A stretch of 64,000 nucleotides of DNA from Heptranchias perlo (lineage: Eukaryota): assembly GCF_035084215.1 (NCBI RefSeq), contig NC_090337.1:36642001-36706000 (forward strand). The letters are read 5' to 3'. The translations under genes were made by a program, and so were the position numbers. The notes beneath the pieces were generated by a model. The model saw only the letters and a list, made by a program, of their open reading frames with translations. It did not search any database and was not told the DNA's origin. Below, in pieces: positions 38,726-51,689 of the stretch (within the stretch, counting starts at the first letter, position 1; every line of letters starts with the position of its first letter).

Positions 38726-41674
38726 TGTGGCAGGGGGATGGGAACCGATGCAGGAAGTCAGTGGGAAATAAAGTGGTGACAGAAACAAAAGGCAGTAAGG
38801 GAGAGTGCACAGAACATGACCGGACAGATGGTCTGAGAAAGCAGGGCAAAGACCAAGGGAAGTCTAGATTAAACTGCATTTATTTCAATGCAAGAAGTCT
38901 GATGGGCAAGGCAGATGAACTCAGGGCATGGATGGGTACATGGGACTGGGATGTTATAGCTATTACTGAAACATGGATAAGGGAGGGGCAGGACTGGCAG
39001 CTCAATGTTCCAGGGTACAGATGCTATAGGAAAGATAGAGCAGGAGGTAAGAGAGGAGGGGGAGTTGCGTTCTTGATTAGGGAGAACATCACGGCAGTAG
39101 TGAGAGGGGATATATCCGAGGGTTCGCCCACTGAGTCTATATGGGTAGAACTGAAAAATAAGAAGGGAGAGATCACTTTGATCGGATTGTACTACAGACC
39201 CCCAAATAGTCAACGGGAAATTGAGGAGCAAATATGTAAGGAGATTACAGACAGCTGCAAGAAAAATAGGGTGGTAATAGTAGGGGACTTTAACTTTCCC
39301 AACATTGACTGGGACAGCCATAGCATTAGGGGCTTGGATGGAGAGAAATTTGTTGAGTGTATTCAGGAGGAATTTCTCATTCAGTATGTGGATGGCCCGA
39401 CTAGAGAGGGGGCAAAACTTGACCTCCTCTTGGGAAATAAGGAAGGGCAGGTGACAGAAGTGTTAGTGAGGGATCACTTTGGGACCAGTGATCATAATTC
39501 CATTAGTTTCAAGATAGCTATGGAGAAGGATAGGTCTGGCCCAAAAGTTAAAATTCTAAATTGGGGAAAGGCCAATTTTGATGGTATTAGACAGGAACTT
39601 TCAGAAGTTGATTGGGAGAGTCTGTTGGCAGGCAAAGGGACGTCTGGTAAGTGGGAGGCTTTCAAAAGTGTGTTAACCAGGGTTCAGGGTAAGCACATTC
39701 CTTATAAAGTGAAGGGCAAGGCTGGTAGAAGTAGGGAACCTTGGATGACTCGGGAGATTGAGGCACTAGTCAAAAAGAAGAAGGAGGCATATGACATGCA
39801 TAGGCAGCTGGGATCAAGTGGATACCTTGAAGAGTATAGAGATTGCCGGAGTAGAGTTAAGAGAGAAATCAGGAGGGCAAAAAGGGGATATGAGATTGCT
39901 TTGGCAGATCAGGCAAAGGTGAATCCAAAGAGCTTCTACAAATACATAAAGGGCAAAAGGGTAACTAGGGAGAGAGTAGGGCCTCTTAAGGATCAACAAG
40001 GTCATCTATGTGCGGAACCACAAGAGATGGGTGAGATCCTGAATGAATATTTCACATCGGTATTTACGGTTGAGAAAGGCATGGATGTTAGGGAACTTGG
40101 GGAAATAAATAGTGATGTCTTGAGGAGTGTACATATTACAGAGAGGGAGGTGCTGGAAGTCTTAACGCGCATCAAGGTAGATAAATCTCCGGGACCTGAT
40201 GAAATGTATCCCAGGACGTTATGGGAGGTTAGGGAGGAAATTGCGGGTCCCCTAGCAGAGATATTTGAATCATCCACCGCTACAGGTGAGGTGCCTGAAG
40301 ATTGGAGGGTAGCAAATGTTGTGCCTTTGTTTAAGAAGGGCGGCAGGGAAAAGCCTGGGAACTACAGACCAGTGAGCCTGACATCTGTAGTGGGTAAGTT
40401 GTTAGAGGGTATTCTGAGGGACAGGATCTACAGGCATTTGGAGAGGCAGGGACTAATTAGGAACAGTCAGCATGGTTTTGTGAGAGGAAAATCATGTCTC
40501 ACGAATTTGATTGAGTTTTTTGAAGGGGTAACCAAGAAGATAGATGAGGGCTGTGCAGTAGACGTGGTCTACATGGACTTCAGCAAAGCATTTGACAAAG
40601 TACCGCAAGGTAGGTTGTTACATAAGGTTAAATCTCATGGGATCCAAGGTGAGGTAGCCAATTGGATACAAAATTGGCTTGACGACAGAAGACAGAGGGT
40701 GGTTGTAGAGGGTTGTTTTTCAAACTGGATGCCTGTGTCCAGCGGTGTGCCTCAGGGATCGGTGCTGGGTCCGCTGTTATTTGTTATTTATATTAATGAT
40801 TTGGATGAGAATTTAGGAGGCATGGTTAGTAAGTTTGCAGATGACACCAAGATTGGTGGCATTGTGGACAGTGAAGAAGGTTATCTAGGATTGCAACGGG
40901 ATCTTGATAAATTGGGCCAGTGGGCCGATGAATGGCAGATGGAGTTTAATTTAGATAAATGTGAGGTGATGCATTTTGGTAGATCGAATCGGGCCAGGAC
41001 CTACTCCGTTAATGGTAGGGCGTTGGGGAGAGTTATAGAACAAAGAGATCTGGGAGTACAGATTCATAGCTCCTTGAAAGTGGAGTCACAGGTGGATAGG
41101 GTGGTGAAGAAGGCATTCAGCATGCTTGGTTTCATTGGTCAGAACATTGAATGCAGGAGTTGGGATGTCTTGTTGAAGTTGTACAGGGCATTGGTGAGGC
41201 CACACTTGGAGTACTGTGTACAGTTCTGGTCACCCTATTATAGAAAGGATATTATTAAACTAGAAAGAGTGCAGAAAAGATTTACGAGGATGCTACCGGG
41301 ACTTGATGGTTTGACTTACAGGGAGAGGTTGGACAGACTGGGACTTTTTTCCCTGGAGAGTAGGAGGTTAAGGGGAGATCTTATAGAAGTCTATAAAATA
41401 ATGAGGGGCATAGATAAGGTCGATAGTCAAAATCTTTTCCCAAAGGTAGGGGAGTCTATAACGAGGGGGCACAGATTTAAGGTGAGAGGGGAGAGATACA
41501 AAAGGGTCCAGAGGGGCAATTTTTTTCACTCAAAGGGTGGTGAGTGTCTGGAACGAGCTGCCAGAGGCAGTAGTAGAGGCGGGTACAATTTTGTCTTTTA
41601 AAAAGCATTTGGACAGTTACATGGGTAAGATGGGTATCGAGGGATATGGGCCAAGTGCAGGCAATTGGGACTAG
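38725..41674 (+). CDS. CR1 ORF2p: APE endonuclease plus reverse transcriptase (one +1 frameshift near 41520)
   Basis: EN motifs FNARSL, ITETW, YYRPP, GDFNFP, SDH; RT motifs [25 protein letters not shown]. Removing one T from the T7 run restores FFTQRVVSVWNELP...GNWD-TAG (41672-41674). Confidence 0.93.
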
Positions 41675-42414
41675 CTTAGTGGTATAAACTGGGCGACATG
41701 GACATGTTGGGCCGAAGGGCCTGTTTCCATGTTGTAACTTCTATGATTCTATGAAATGACTTGGGAACAGATGCAGAAGATGGCACAACTTAAGGGAACT
41801 GCCAAGATAAGACTACCCAACAGTATCATTTACAAGGTGAATGCTCCAATTATTCATACCACAAAGCGTTACCTATTACACTGTTCTACTCTAACTGCTG
41901 GTACATGCTAAGCCCCTACACAACTTTACATCTCTTTCTTTGCTTCTCATGTATACCCAAGTTCTAGCATTCAAGCTGGAACTTACAATTGACAAGCTTG
42001 CCACATGCAAAATGGTCTTTTTACATAAAATCAATCCAACAGAATTGACACGAAGGGTGTGCTTTGTGTCAGTTGTGTAGCAATCATTTTACACAAACAG
42101 TGATCAACACATAAAGTGGACTTCTGGGAAGTAAAATCCCTGGAATTATTTAAGAGATAACTAGATGCTGTGAATGAGACCTTGAGGGTTTTTCAGGAAG
42201 GATGAATTAAGCTGGGCCAAAAGGCCTTCTTCATCCATATTTATCTTGTGATATAAATGCTCTTTCAACTTGCAACATGCCAAGACTACTCCTCTAATTG
42301 TGTTACAAGATGTCACATATGATAAGGGAGCAGATCCAAACCGGAGGAGGGCTCAGAAATTAAAAGTCCTTAATTCCCCTGGAGGAGGTCACTCTGGACA
42401 TCCATTCACATAAC

Positions 42415-42930
42415 TTTTTTTTTATATTTCAAAATATACTCTATTTCATAAAATTTAAAGATACCACAACTCCAAGGCAATACAATTCAAAACAATACTA
42501 CGCGGATTGTACACAATACTATTCCAATATTACAATTTAAAACACAGTACATATCTTATAATACATGCTGTACAATACAAGGTGGGGTGGCCTTACACGG
42601 TGGCCTTTCCCCACAGAGCCTTTGCATAGGTTGCACCTTGTTTCCGTGCATCCCGCAGCACATATTCCTGGACCTTGGAGTGTGCCAGTCAGCAACACTC
42701 GGTCGTGGACAGCTCCTTCATCCAGAAGACCAACAGGTTTCGGGCGGACCAAAGGGCCTCCTTCACCGTGTTGATGGTCATCTCACAGCACTTGATATCT
42801 GTCTTGGTGTGTGTCTCGGGGAACAGTCTGTAGAGCACAGTGTCCTGTGTTACTGAATTGCTGGGATTGAATCGGGACTGATACCAACGCATCTCTCGCC
42901 ACACCTTCTGGGCGAAGGGGCAGTTACACA
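42415..42930 (-). mobile_element. Tx1/L1-clade LINE 3' fragment
   Basis: CPFAQKVW...VLY.LFP...INTVKEALWSARNLLVF, typical of the region after the CCHC knuckle; A-rich tail at about 42415-42455. Confidence 0.75.
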
Positions 42931-43067
42931 TAACAACGTAGAGAGAGTAAAGATGCAGACTTCTCCCAAGCTCTGCGCTAGTACCACCAGTTCTATGTCT
43001 GGTTCCCCTTCTCACTTATTCCTACGCAGGCATATGCAAAATCATACAAAAACACGTGCAGTTAGCG

Positions 43068-43535
43068 ATCTCGATTGTAACTCGGGGCAGGATCGGTGTG
43101 TATGGGGGGGTGGCCAGGCCAAGCGACAAACTCACATGTTGAGGCCCAGAGAGATTTTAACTCCTGGGCCTCATTTCCATATTCAGGCTCCGACAACCAC
43201 CTGATCCCAGCAGGAATCACTGCCTGGCTAGAATTCGGCCGGCAGGAAGCCGCCACCAGGGACCCCTGGGAAGAGGTCCTTGGTACCTGGAGCTTCTCTT
43301 AGGAACACATTAGATGGGTCAAAAGAGCATCCAGCATAATCCTATTCTAAGCAGATGGACTATTACCCTATGCTTATTTTAAATGCATTATATGATCTCA
43401 TAAATTTAGAGCAAGACCACTTTACGTTTGCTTAAAAAGCTGTGTGGAAGTGTGTGCTCGGTGTAAAAGTGGTGCAGATTTGGCTATATAGATTTGCACC
43501 CACTTTTTTAGCCCCTAATCGCCCATTCTAGCCCT
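43068..43535. mobile_element. Decayed MITE fragments
   Basis: 'cgattgtaactcggggcaggatc' is the inverse of the right end of 44980-45641; TIR-like 'attctagccc' at about 43525-43534. Confidence 0.5.
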
Positions 43536-44979
43536 ACATCACTAGCCATGGTATTTGGAAAATCTACTCTTCAGACTAAAATCAATTTCTTATTTTGGGT
43601 AAAACATGGGCACAGCAAGTTATGCTGTTGTTGAAGGGACAAAAATAATTACCATATGCCTTATAACTTAATAAAATAATAATTCTCCACTGCCCATGTT
43701 TCAATGAGCACTGGTAATAATACTTCCCAGTGCACCTGACATCAATGTATTTTAATAGCGTTAGTTGATGAAGCACGTTATGGGGTTCATGCAAATTTTG
43801 TGCTTCTGCTTGCTGCCCACACCAGCACCATTCCAGCAGAAAGAATGTATAAAACTGATATAACCTTGTAGAAAGGACAAGAAAGGAAAAGACAGGACAG
43901 AAAATGTAAAGCAAGTTGAGGCTTCAGAACCAAGTAAAATAAAAGGCAAAATAAAGGACAAGAGGCAATTACTCTTGCAGTGTTCCCTGGCAAGTTGCTA
44001 AGTGTTCATTCTCCATGGTAACAGATCACAACAGCTGAAACTTCATAATTGAGGTGGGCATACTCATAGCTTAAAGAATGCTTCCTTAACGGAATAAATC
44101 CCCAAACATATATTGACTGAAAAATGAAGGTGTATATTAATTTTTTTTCAAATATTGAATCAGTCATGAGGGTATATGATAGTGAGGGCTGAGTCAATTA
44201 AACAGTTGACTGATCAGGGCACGGTTCAACTATGGTAGGCTTATCAGATGGAGGAGGATCCTGCTTGCATTTTAATTCCTTTCGTTCTCACTGCACAAAA
44301 TGTTTAGCACAATTAATAACCCTTTTCTGAACTGAGGTATTGAATAAACTCATTTAATGCTAATACATCAAAAGACCTGTTTGTAATTTAAAACAACAGC
44401 CATGAATTTAAAATGACAAATATTACGAGTCACTTTTCTTTCATCTGAATACTGTTCCCCAGTGCAAATCTACTCATGAAAAATCTCTGTATTAAACTTA
44501 AACCATTCAACCAAATTAAACAAGCTTTAATAATTATTAATAAAACTCCAGAACCCGATCAGGCTCAGTCTAATCTATGAAGGCAAGGCTGTTGGGGCGT
44601 GGGTGGAGAGGGGAGAAGTTAATGATTAAAATACAAACGTAACATTCTTACTTCAATTATTACTTTTATATTGTTGGCTTTTGTCAAGCAGAAATCTACA
44701 GTTAATTACCAAGAATCAGTAGTCAGCATGATTTTTATGTCGAGGTTGCATATACACTAAAGAGATGTTGGCGGAATAGATTGCATATTTTGAACCATTA
44801 ATTGGTGCAAGCTAGAGCTAATTTGGTTCCTATCCTAAAATTAATCCAACACAGTATTTCTGCATATTGAATTCAATGAGTATTTCATGATAAATAATCC
44901 ACAAGAAGAACCAGTCGTATAAGACTGTAGTCAGCTACATGTTCAATTAATTAAAAATAAATCAAATCACTGAAATTAT

Positions 44980-45641
44980 GGGATGATTTTAACCCTACCC
45001 ACCAACGTCTCGCTCCCTTCCTGCAGCCTTCTAATTTAACCTATTCTTCTGAGCAGGCAAAAAGGATATTTGCTGGAAACTGCAGGGATCCTTCTTTAAA
45101 TATGTAGATCAGACCCCAGTGATGTCATCAGGGCCCGACTGCTATTTTAACAAATGGCTTGAGTGGGGAAGTGGTTGCGATTTTCCTGCCACATCATCCT
45201 CACAGGAAGAGCAGCCAGGGTCAGAACAGCCCAAAGTGGTAAGTATTTTTAACTTTTTCTTTTACTTTCATTGTGGAGCCAGGATGAGCAGGACATCCCT
45301 CTGGACCCCTCAAGGAAAGTTTAGGCCTCCCTTGCCCTGGTTTCCCTGCCCCTCTTCCTGATTGCAAGGCACTCCCAAAACCACCTCCTAGCGACTTACC
45401 TGAGTGCCAAGGACTGTTCCTTTGGTTGCTGTGAAGGGTGGGGGAGGGCTACTGTTGCCCAATGTTGCGCTCACGCCCGCCAGCCAGCTGCTGCTTCCTG
45501 CCAGTTTCAGATGGCCAACTAACCAGGGAGCAGGTAGATGAGTCCTGGGAGTTAAATACGCCTGGGCCTCATGCTGCCGAGGTCAGGACAGTTTGCCCCT
45601 GCCTCTTCCGCCAGATTCCTGCCCCAAGTTAAAATCGGGGC
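44980..45641. mobile_element. MITE
   Basis: TIRs GGGATGATTTTAAC / GTTAAAATCGGGGC; core 'gtggagccaggatgagcagg' and 'gacttacct' shared with 57347-57815. Confidence 0.7.
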
Positions 45642-48450
45642 TTTTAATCCAAACTCAACGTTTATGTCTTCTGGGGTTCTTTGTATTCAGCTCACACTTT
45701 GATGCACAGCACATTTTAAAACTGCTAGAAACATTCACTACAACTGATGTACCAGAATGCTGTATAACATTTACACTGACAAACATTTGACATCTGCATC
45801 TACTTTTCAATTCTTTACCTGTGAAAATTGTCACAAATAGCAATAATGAGGTGTTATTACAATAATTTTCCTATGGTTGATTTTTAGCAATTAAACATTT
45901 TTAAAAAACTTGTCTGTGGTACTGCAGTGCCGATTAAGTGATTGAACAGGCTTCCTGCTGGTTTAATTGGATTTCCCTTAGCTGTGTTTGACCCAGAGGG
46001 ATCCTTGACTGATAATTCTCGTTCCCCATACGCATTCATTCCACATGGGTGACTCTATATAACAGAATTATCTGTAAAAAAAGATCCTAATGCTTAACTG
46101 TTGTAGTGCTGCAGGAACAAGATTATACAACACTTTGGGGACCAGGGTTGCTTTTTAAACAAGTAATTAATACAGCAGAACTTATTTGTAAATACTGCCT
46201 CTAGCTATACGAATTATTCATTTCCCATAGAAAGGGTGAAAAGGAAACTTAACAGAAACAATTAGACATTTCAATATAACACAGACACTTTCTGGATCTT
46301 GGCTACCCTATCTAGCACTAATCTTGATCTATTTCTCATTCCTAGTGCAATTTCTTGTTTTTAGATTTTACGTAATGCATGGTCTTTTGAGATGATTTTT
46401 TCTAAATCTTCATGCACAACAGGATGTAGTAAATATTCAGTTTATGAATGAATGCCTACCCCTTATCAGGATATAGAATCTCTTATACAAATAGCCTGTA
46501 TTACTCAGTAGGATTTTAGAATAAACTTCATTGGATTGAGTGTAAATCCTGTCGTTTTTCCTGTCCGAGTGATCCTGTTAGATTAATCTTATTTCTAATT
46601 CTTTCTTTAGCCATATACTCATGTGCTGGTGTAGAGGTTAAATTGAGTGACTGGAGCATATTTAATTTCCATTCTGCTCTCTTGATTTATCTTGTACTTA
46701 CCAACTACAGTTAAAATGAAGTCATTGGGGCTAAAGTACATAGCAGATCAGAAATAGAACTTCCTCAAACAAAGCACTGCCCATACATTTTAATAAAATA
46801 TCAAGAGCTTCAGACATCTTTTCAAAATAAATCACAATTATTCAAAATTCATTCAGGTCAATCTCAATCATTTCATACTTGGAGCAAAACAACCTTCTCA
46901 TCAATGAGCATATTCCTCATCTGTATTAGACTGGTTCAAAATGAATTTCTTGGATTTGTACCATTTGCAAAATAGTTCAGCAGAGTTTTTTTTTCCAAAA
47001 TTAACCAAATACCACTACGAGAATATGTGTGGCTTCTTTTTTTTCCAGATTAGGAATACAGTATAAACCATATCAGGCAATGTTTGCACTCTTGCCAGCA
47101 ACATTCCAGTTCTATCATAATCAATTCTACAAGCCAGGAATTTGCTTCTTGAGAAAACTAATCCAGATGCACGAACAGGTGCCAAATTAAACAAATCTGT
47201 TTGAAGCTGAGTTGATCTGCATATTAATTTTTTAATGGTGAAAGCTGTAACAAAGGTCAAGGACAGTTTATGAGTTAAGATATAAGAGTTGTTTAATATG
47301 TTACATGTTGCACTAGATATCATAATACATTTAATCAAGGTAATGCCAACAGATATACAACAACATTTAGCAACTTCAATGCCAATAAGCAGGTTTGTGC
47401 AGAATATAAGCAAACGGTGGCAGAAATCCAACCTAATCTGTACAGAATTAGGACAGTATCATGCAGAAATGTGCAACAGCTGCATCAGACAGAATTGATT
47501 AATGTGGCGGTTCCCATTTTGTGCTCATATTAATCTAATCTGTTCAAAATCCCAGCCAAGTTCTATCACCGGCATCAAGCTCTTTGCAGCATATTAGCAA
47601 AACTATGTTCCAGTCATGGGGATGTGCTGATGTATTCTGATAAGTAACACCTGAAATACCACTTTATTTCCATTGTTGTGAAGATAGCAAATCACAACCT
47701 AGACATGTTATGGAAGGTCAAGAGAAAACAAGTTAAGCCTCAGACAAAGTCTTTCTTCTTGGACAAAGATTGTATCAATGGTACTCAATTACTAGGGATT
47801 AAGGAGTGGTCTACTGATGGTTGAAACAACCATCAGATCCCATCACTGATGTCTTCAGACAGAAAACCTGAAGATTCATCTAAGCCCCAACTAGAAGTGA
47901 AATCATGAGAAACGCCACATTTTTGCGAAGCTGCACTAATACACAGAACCTTTATGTGTGTTTTGGAGCATGAAAAAATCATACCTTGCTCAAGGTCATT
48001 GCTTTTATTGGATTGAAATCCCCACAAGTTCATTGCTGTATTTGAAAATAAACTGTTCCAGTATAGAATAATGGCGATGATGTCTTTTTTCATGTGACAT
48101 ACTCAAATGCATAAATGTCTCAGCTTTGATAACTATCCGCTGTGCGTGAAACCTGTTATTGTATAAGTCCACCTGGAAATGGCATTATTGCTTAACTCTA
48201 GTTTCAGTCTACTACAGCAAAAATTGGATAGCCCCAATTTGGGCCATTTTGGAATTCATATAGAACACTGATATCCCATTCAGGGGTAAATATAGCAGCA
48301 GCTATGGACTGAATTACAACAATCTAAGTGAAAATATACATCTTATTTTTAAAATTTATTTCTCACGAACTTTATGAATTAAAAATGCGCTATGGTTCTG
48401 TAGGTGCCCCTTAGTACTTACACAGATTCAACATCAAAATTTACACAACA

Positions 48451-48700
48451 GAGGGACTGGTTGGTAGAGTGGGTTAGCACTCTGTTCTTTGCCCTCTGGG
48501 ATCTTGGTTCAAATTCGGCCCAGGCTGATGGGATGAAAGTCTTCTCCTTCTGCTACATGAAATGAGTTTGGACAATCTTGTGAATCTACCAGGTACAGGT
48601 CCACAGCACTCTCAACTATGGTCAAGTTTTCACCGTAGCTGGGTCCCAGCATTTCTCCAACCAGTTTCAGGTGGAACTGCCAAGGGAATCTGGCGCTGTT
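48451..48700 (+). mobile_element. tRNA-headed SINE relic, LF-SINE-like
   Basis: GGGACTGGTTGGTAGAGTGG (A-box-like), GGTTCAAATTC (B-box), GCCCAGG, GAAAGT, TGAAATGAGTTTGG. Confidence 0.55.
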
Positions 48701-48824
48701 ATGCTGTTGAGTCTATGAGTTATATAAAGATGATATTACAATTACACTCCATGCTATGCTAAATATATTGTGGAAGTAATGCTAAATGTCACCATTATGT
48801 ATTGAAGAGAAAAGTCTCAGTGTA

Positions 48825-48950
48825 TTTTTAAAATTTGTTCTTGGGATGTGGACAAAGCTGGCAAGGCTGCGTTTATTGCCCAGCCCTAATTGCCCAAGAA
48901 TGTCTTTTCCTTGATATGTTGTAGTCCTTGTGGTGATGGTGCTCCCATGG
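48825..48950 (-). mobile_element. Old 3' tail fragment of the 51690-54692 LINE family
   Basis: gggatgtgg...gctggcaaggc..tttattgccca.ccctaattgccc matches 25367-25420. Confidence 0.65.
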
Positions 48951-50040
48951 AAGTTTGCTTCCACTATGTTGGAGCAAGATTTAACACAGTCCAGCAACGC
49001 AGCCTGATAGATGCCACTATGGTGACTGTTTGTGGTGACTGGGTGTGAACCTCTTTCATTGTAGCAAAACAATTAGTAATAGGCAGAACATTCAGCTTAT
49101 GGTAGTCTCAAATATATAATTTTTTAAATGGCTGGAAATACTGAATTGTGTCAACCAAAGATACAATGATATGAAACAAGTAATTAAGCCTTGATTTTAA
49201 CTTAATCCACAGGCGCAATACAGGCAGGTTCGGGTTGGCTGCCCGGTTTACACCCTGCCTGATTTTACTCTCTATATTGACTTCAGACAGATGGGTTAGG
49301 TTAAAAGGACCGCCTTAGTGTTAAGAGTTCAATCATCCATTTGTATTAAATTCTTTCCTTCAATCCCAGATTGTCAACACATAGCTAATTTGTACTTCTA
49401 AAAAGGAACAGTTCTTATAAAAGTTATGCTACCAGGGAATGCAAATTGACTTTCATGAGAACCAACATGCAAGCTGGCTTTCATTGGAACTGATACATGC
49501 TGACAAGATAGGTTTAGATGCAGAAAGCTGTTCAGCTCATTTGATCTCATCCTTCCAGAATACCGATTTACAATTATAGCATTAGCTATTTCTTCAATTA
49601 GTTTTTTTGATCTGGCCTCAATCACCCTTCGCCTTCTGTATAAAGAAATAAGTGTAATGGTGCAGAATATACCGCTAAGTTTATAAAATGATGTTAAGTA
49701 TTAGCATTCTGAATGATCAAAAAATATTATTTCCAAAAATTTGAGAGATTATATGAAAGACTAAAGCAGTGCAAGTTTTTCTCAATGCATCCCTCCTGCA
49801 GAGCATTAAAATATGGTGATCCTGGGGTGAAATAATGAAAATTGTGTTATGCTGCTTCAGAGCCTCACTGGCTTGGCATGTAAAACATCCAACACCAGCT
49901 GTACATAAAATAAAAATATGCACACTTACTGTAAAACATAATGTTTTTGCATTAATAAAGTTTTACCTAGTGCCCAAAGTCAATTGCTTGAGTAAATTGA
50001 TTTTTTACATTGTTAGCCTACCATTCAGTGCTGATACAAT

Positions 50041-50368
50041 GGCCCAGAAATTGCTCAGGGCGGTGAACCCACAGTGCTCGCCGCTCCATAGATTTATACT
50101 AACCCACTAACTTAACGCAGTCTTTACTGGGTGCAATTCCTCAAATAGGAAGTGGAGAAGAGTCCAGCGTTAGTTCGAATGAAGCTAGGACCTGTGGGAG
50201 AAGTGAGAGGCTCACTCTCTCCCCTCGACCAATCAGATTTCAGCATTTTTGACAAGCTGCAAAACTGTTTCTGCAGGCTTGGAACTTGAAATCCAAGAAG
50301 TGAAAGGTACAACATTAAAATCATTGTAAAAACAGTTATAGACAGCAAAAAAAAGAGAAGGTAAGAAC
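50041..50368. mobile_element. Left half of a MITE (family of 35901-36656)
   Basis: GGCCCAGAAATTGCTCAG...ccatagatttatactaacccactaa...cgaccaatcagatt, colinear with 35901-36225. Confidence 0.8.
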
Positions 50369-50514
50369 AGGTCTTAAACTGCATAGAAGACCCCCCCCCC
50401 CCCGCCCAATCAGCGGTATTTAAAGGCATCATGTAGGAGTTACAGGTTAGTTAGCTGGATTATTGCTTCTGGCTACTGATGCATTTGTACCTGTTTTTGG
50501 AGGTCTCCTACACT

Positions 50515-50825
50515 TGAATACGAGGACTAGGGTACATAGCCTAAAAATTAGAGCCAGGACTCGCAAGTGTGAAGTTAGGAAACGCTTCTATACGCAAAGG
50601 GTGGTAGAAGTTTGGAATGCTGTTCCGCAAACAGCAGTTGGTGTGAGCTCAATTGTTAATTTTAAATCTGAGATTGATCGATTTTTGTTAACCAAAGGTA
50701 TGAAGGGATATGGGGTAAGGCGGGGATATGGAGTTAGGTCACAGATCAACCATGATCTCATTGAATGGTGGAACAGGCTCGAGGGGCTAAATGGCCTGCT
50801 CCTATTCCTATCTTCCCATGTTCCG
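50515..50825 (+). mobile_element. CR1 3' fragment
   Basis: TRVHSLKI...RFYTQRVVEVWNAVP...FKSEIDRFL; tail ggggctaaatggcct.ctcct.ttcc. Confidence 0.85.
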
Positions 50826-51689
50826 ATAATAAAGTTTCAATACTCGACAGGGAGTGGGCTGGCTAGCTGACAGGCAACAGCAAGGGTACTGGTGGAGTGG
50901 CAGGGTTGGGACATGAATGCTGTCATCCTGAGAGAGGGCAGCAGGTTCATGTTCCATGGAGTTACTGCCACTTGCTGCCTCCTGTTATGCGCAATCTTCT
51001 CTTGCAAGAAAGCGGGACGTATGTCACTGAGTGTCCTGCAAGATGTTTGGGTGATGTGGCTGTCATGCTTGAATAGGTGCCAGTGTGTGTGACCAGTGAG
51101 TTGTGGGTGTGCGATTTGCAACAGTGGTAATGTGTTATGGTGAGAGGAAGCATCTGATTGGAAGAGTTCATTACTGATTGAAAGAGTTTGTTGGTATGTG
51201 GGTGATGGGGGGTGTAGTGCATGGAGCAGTGGATGCGACTAGTGGTGCAGTTGGTAGGAGATGCCACTTGACAGTTGACCTCACTCACCTTGACCACTTG
51301 TGTCAAAGGATTGAACTTCTTCCTGCGCTGCATCCACGTTTGTGGTGCTATGCGCCTGGCATTGACTTTGTCCCTTTCTGCCTCCCAGTGCTTCAGGAAC
51401 ATATGTCTGGAGGGCCTCTTGCCCCCGCTGCGGATATAGGATGCCCCTCCTTCTGTTCACCTCTTACACCAAGGCCTCTAGTGCATCATCAGAGAACCCT
51501 GATGCACGCTCTCTCGCAGGCCTGGTACAAACTCAGATCGGCAGATTGATGGGGTCTGGTGTGCAGATTGGAGGATGTGGGATTTAGTAGTGCGCAACCT
51601 TTATTCAATGTTTTGAAATAACTCAACAGTTTGTAAACAATGGGACGGGACCTGCATCTGTGTTTTACGTGTGCAATGCCTGATCTCCA

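Larger units (their letters stand above)
37316..41754 (+). mobile_element. Near-full-length young CR1 LINE, antisense within the NLGN1 intron
   Basis: 5' tandem array, ORF1, ORF2 and 3' end GGGCCGAAGGGCC...(TTCTATGA)2; no clear TSD. Confidence 0.95.

Noticed and set aside
44235-44250. miR-21-like sequence (TAGGCTTATCAGA)
   Set aside because: Short, imperfect match with no evident precursor hairpin.
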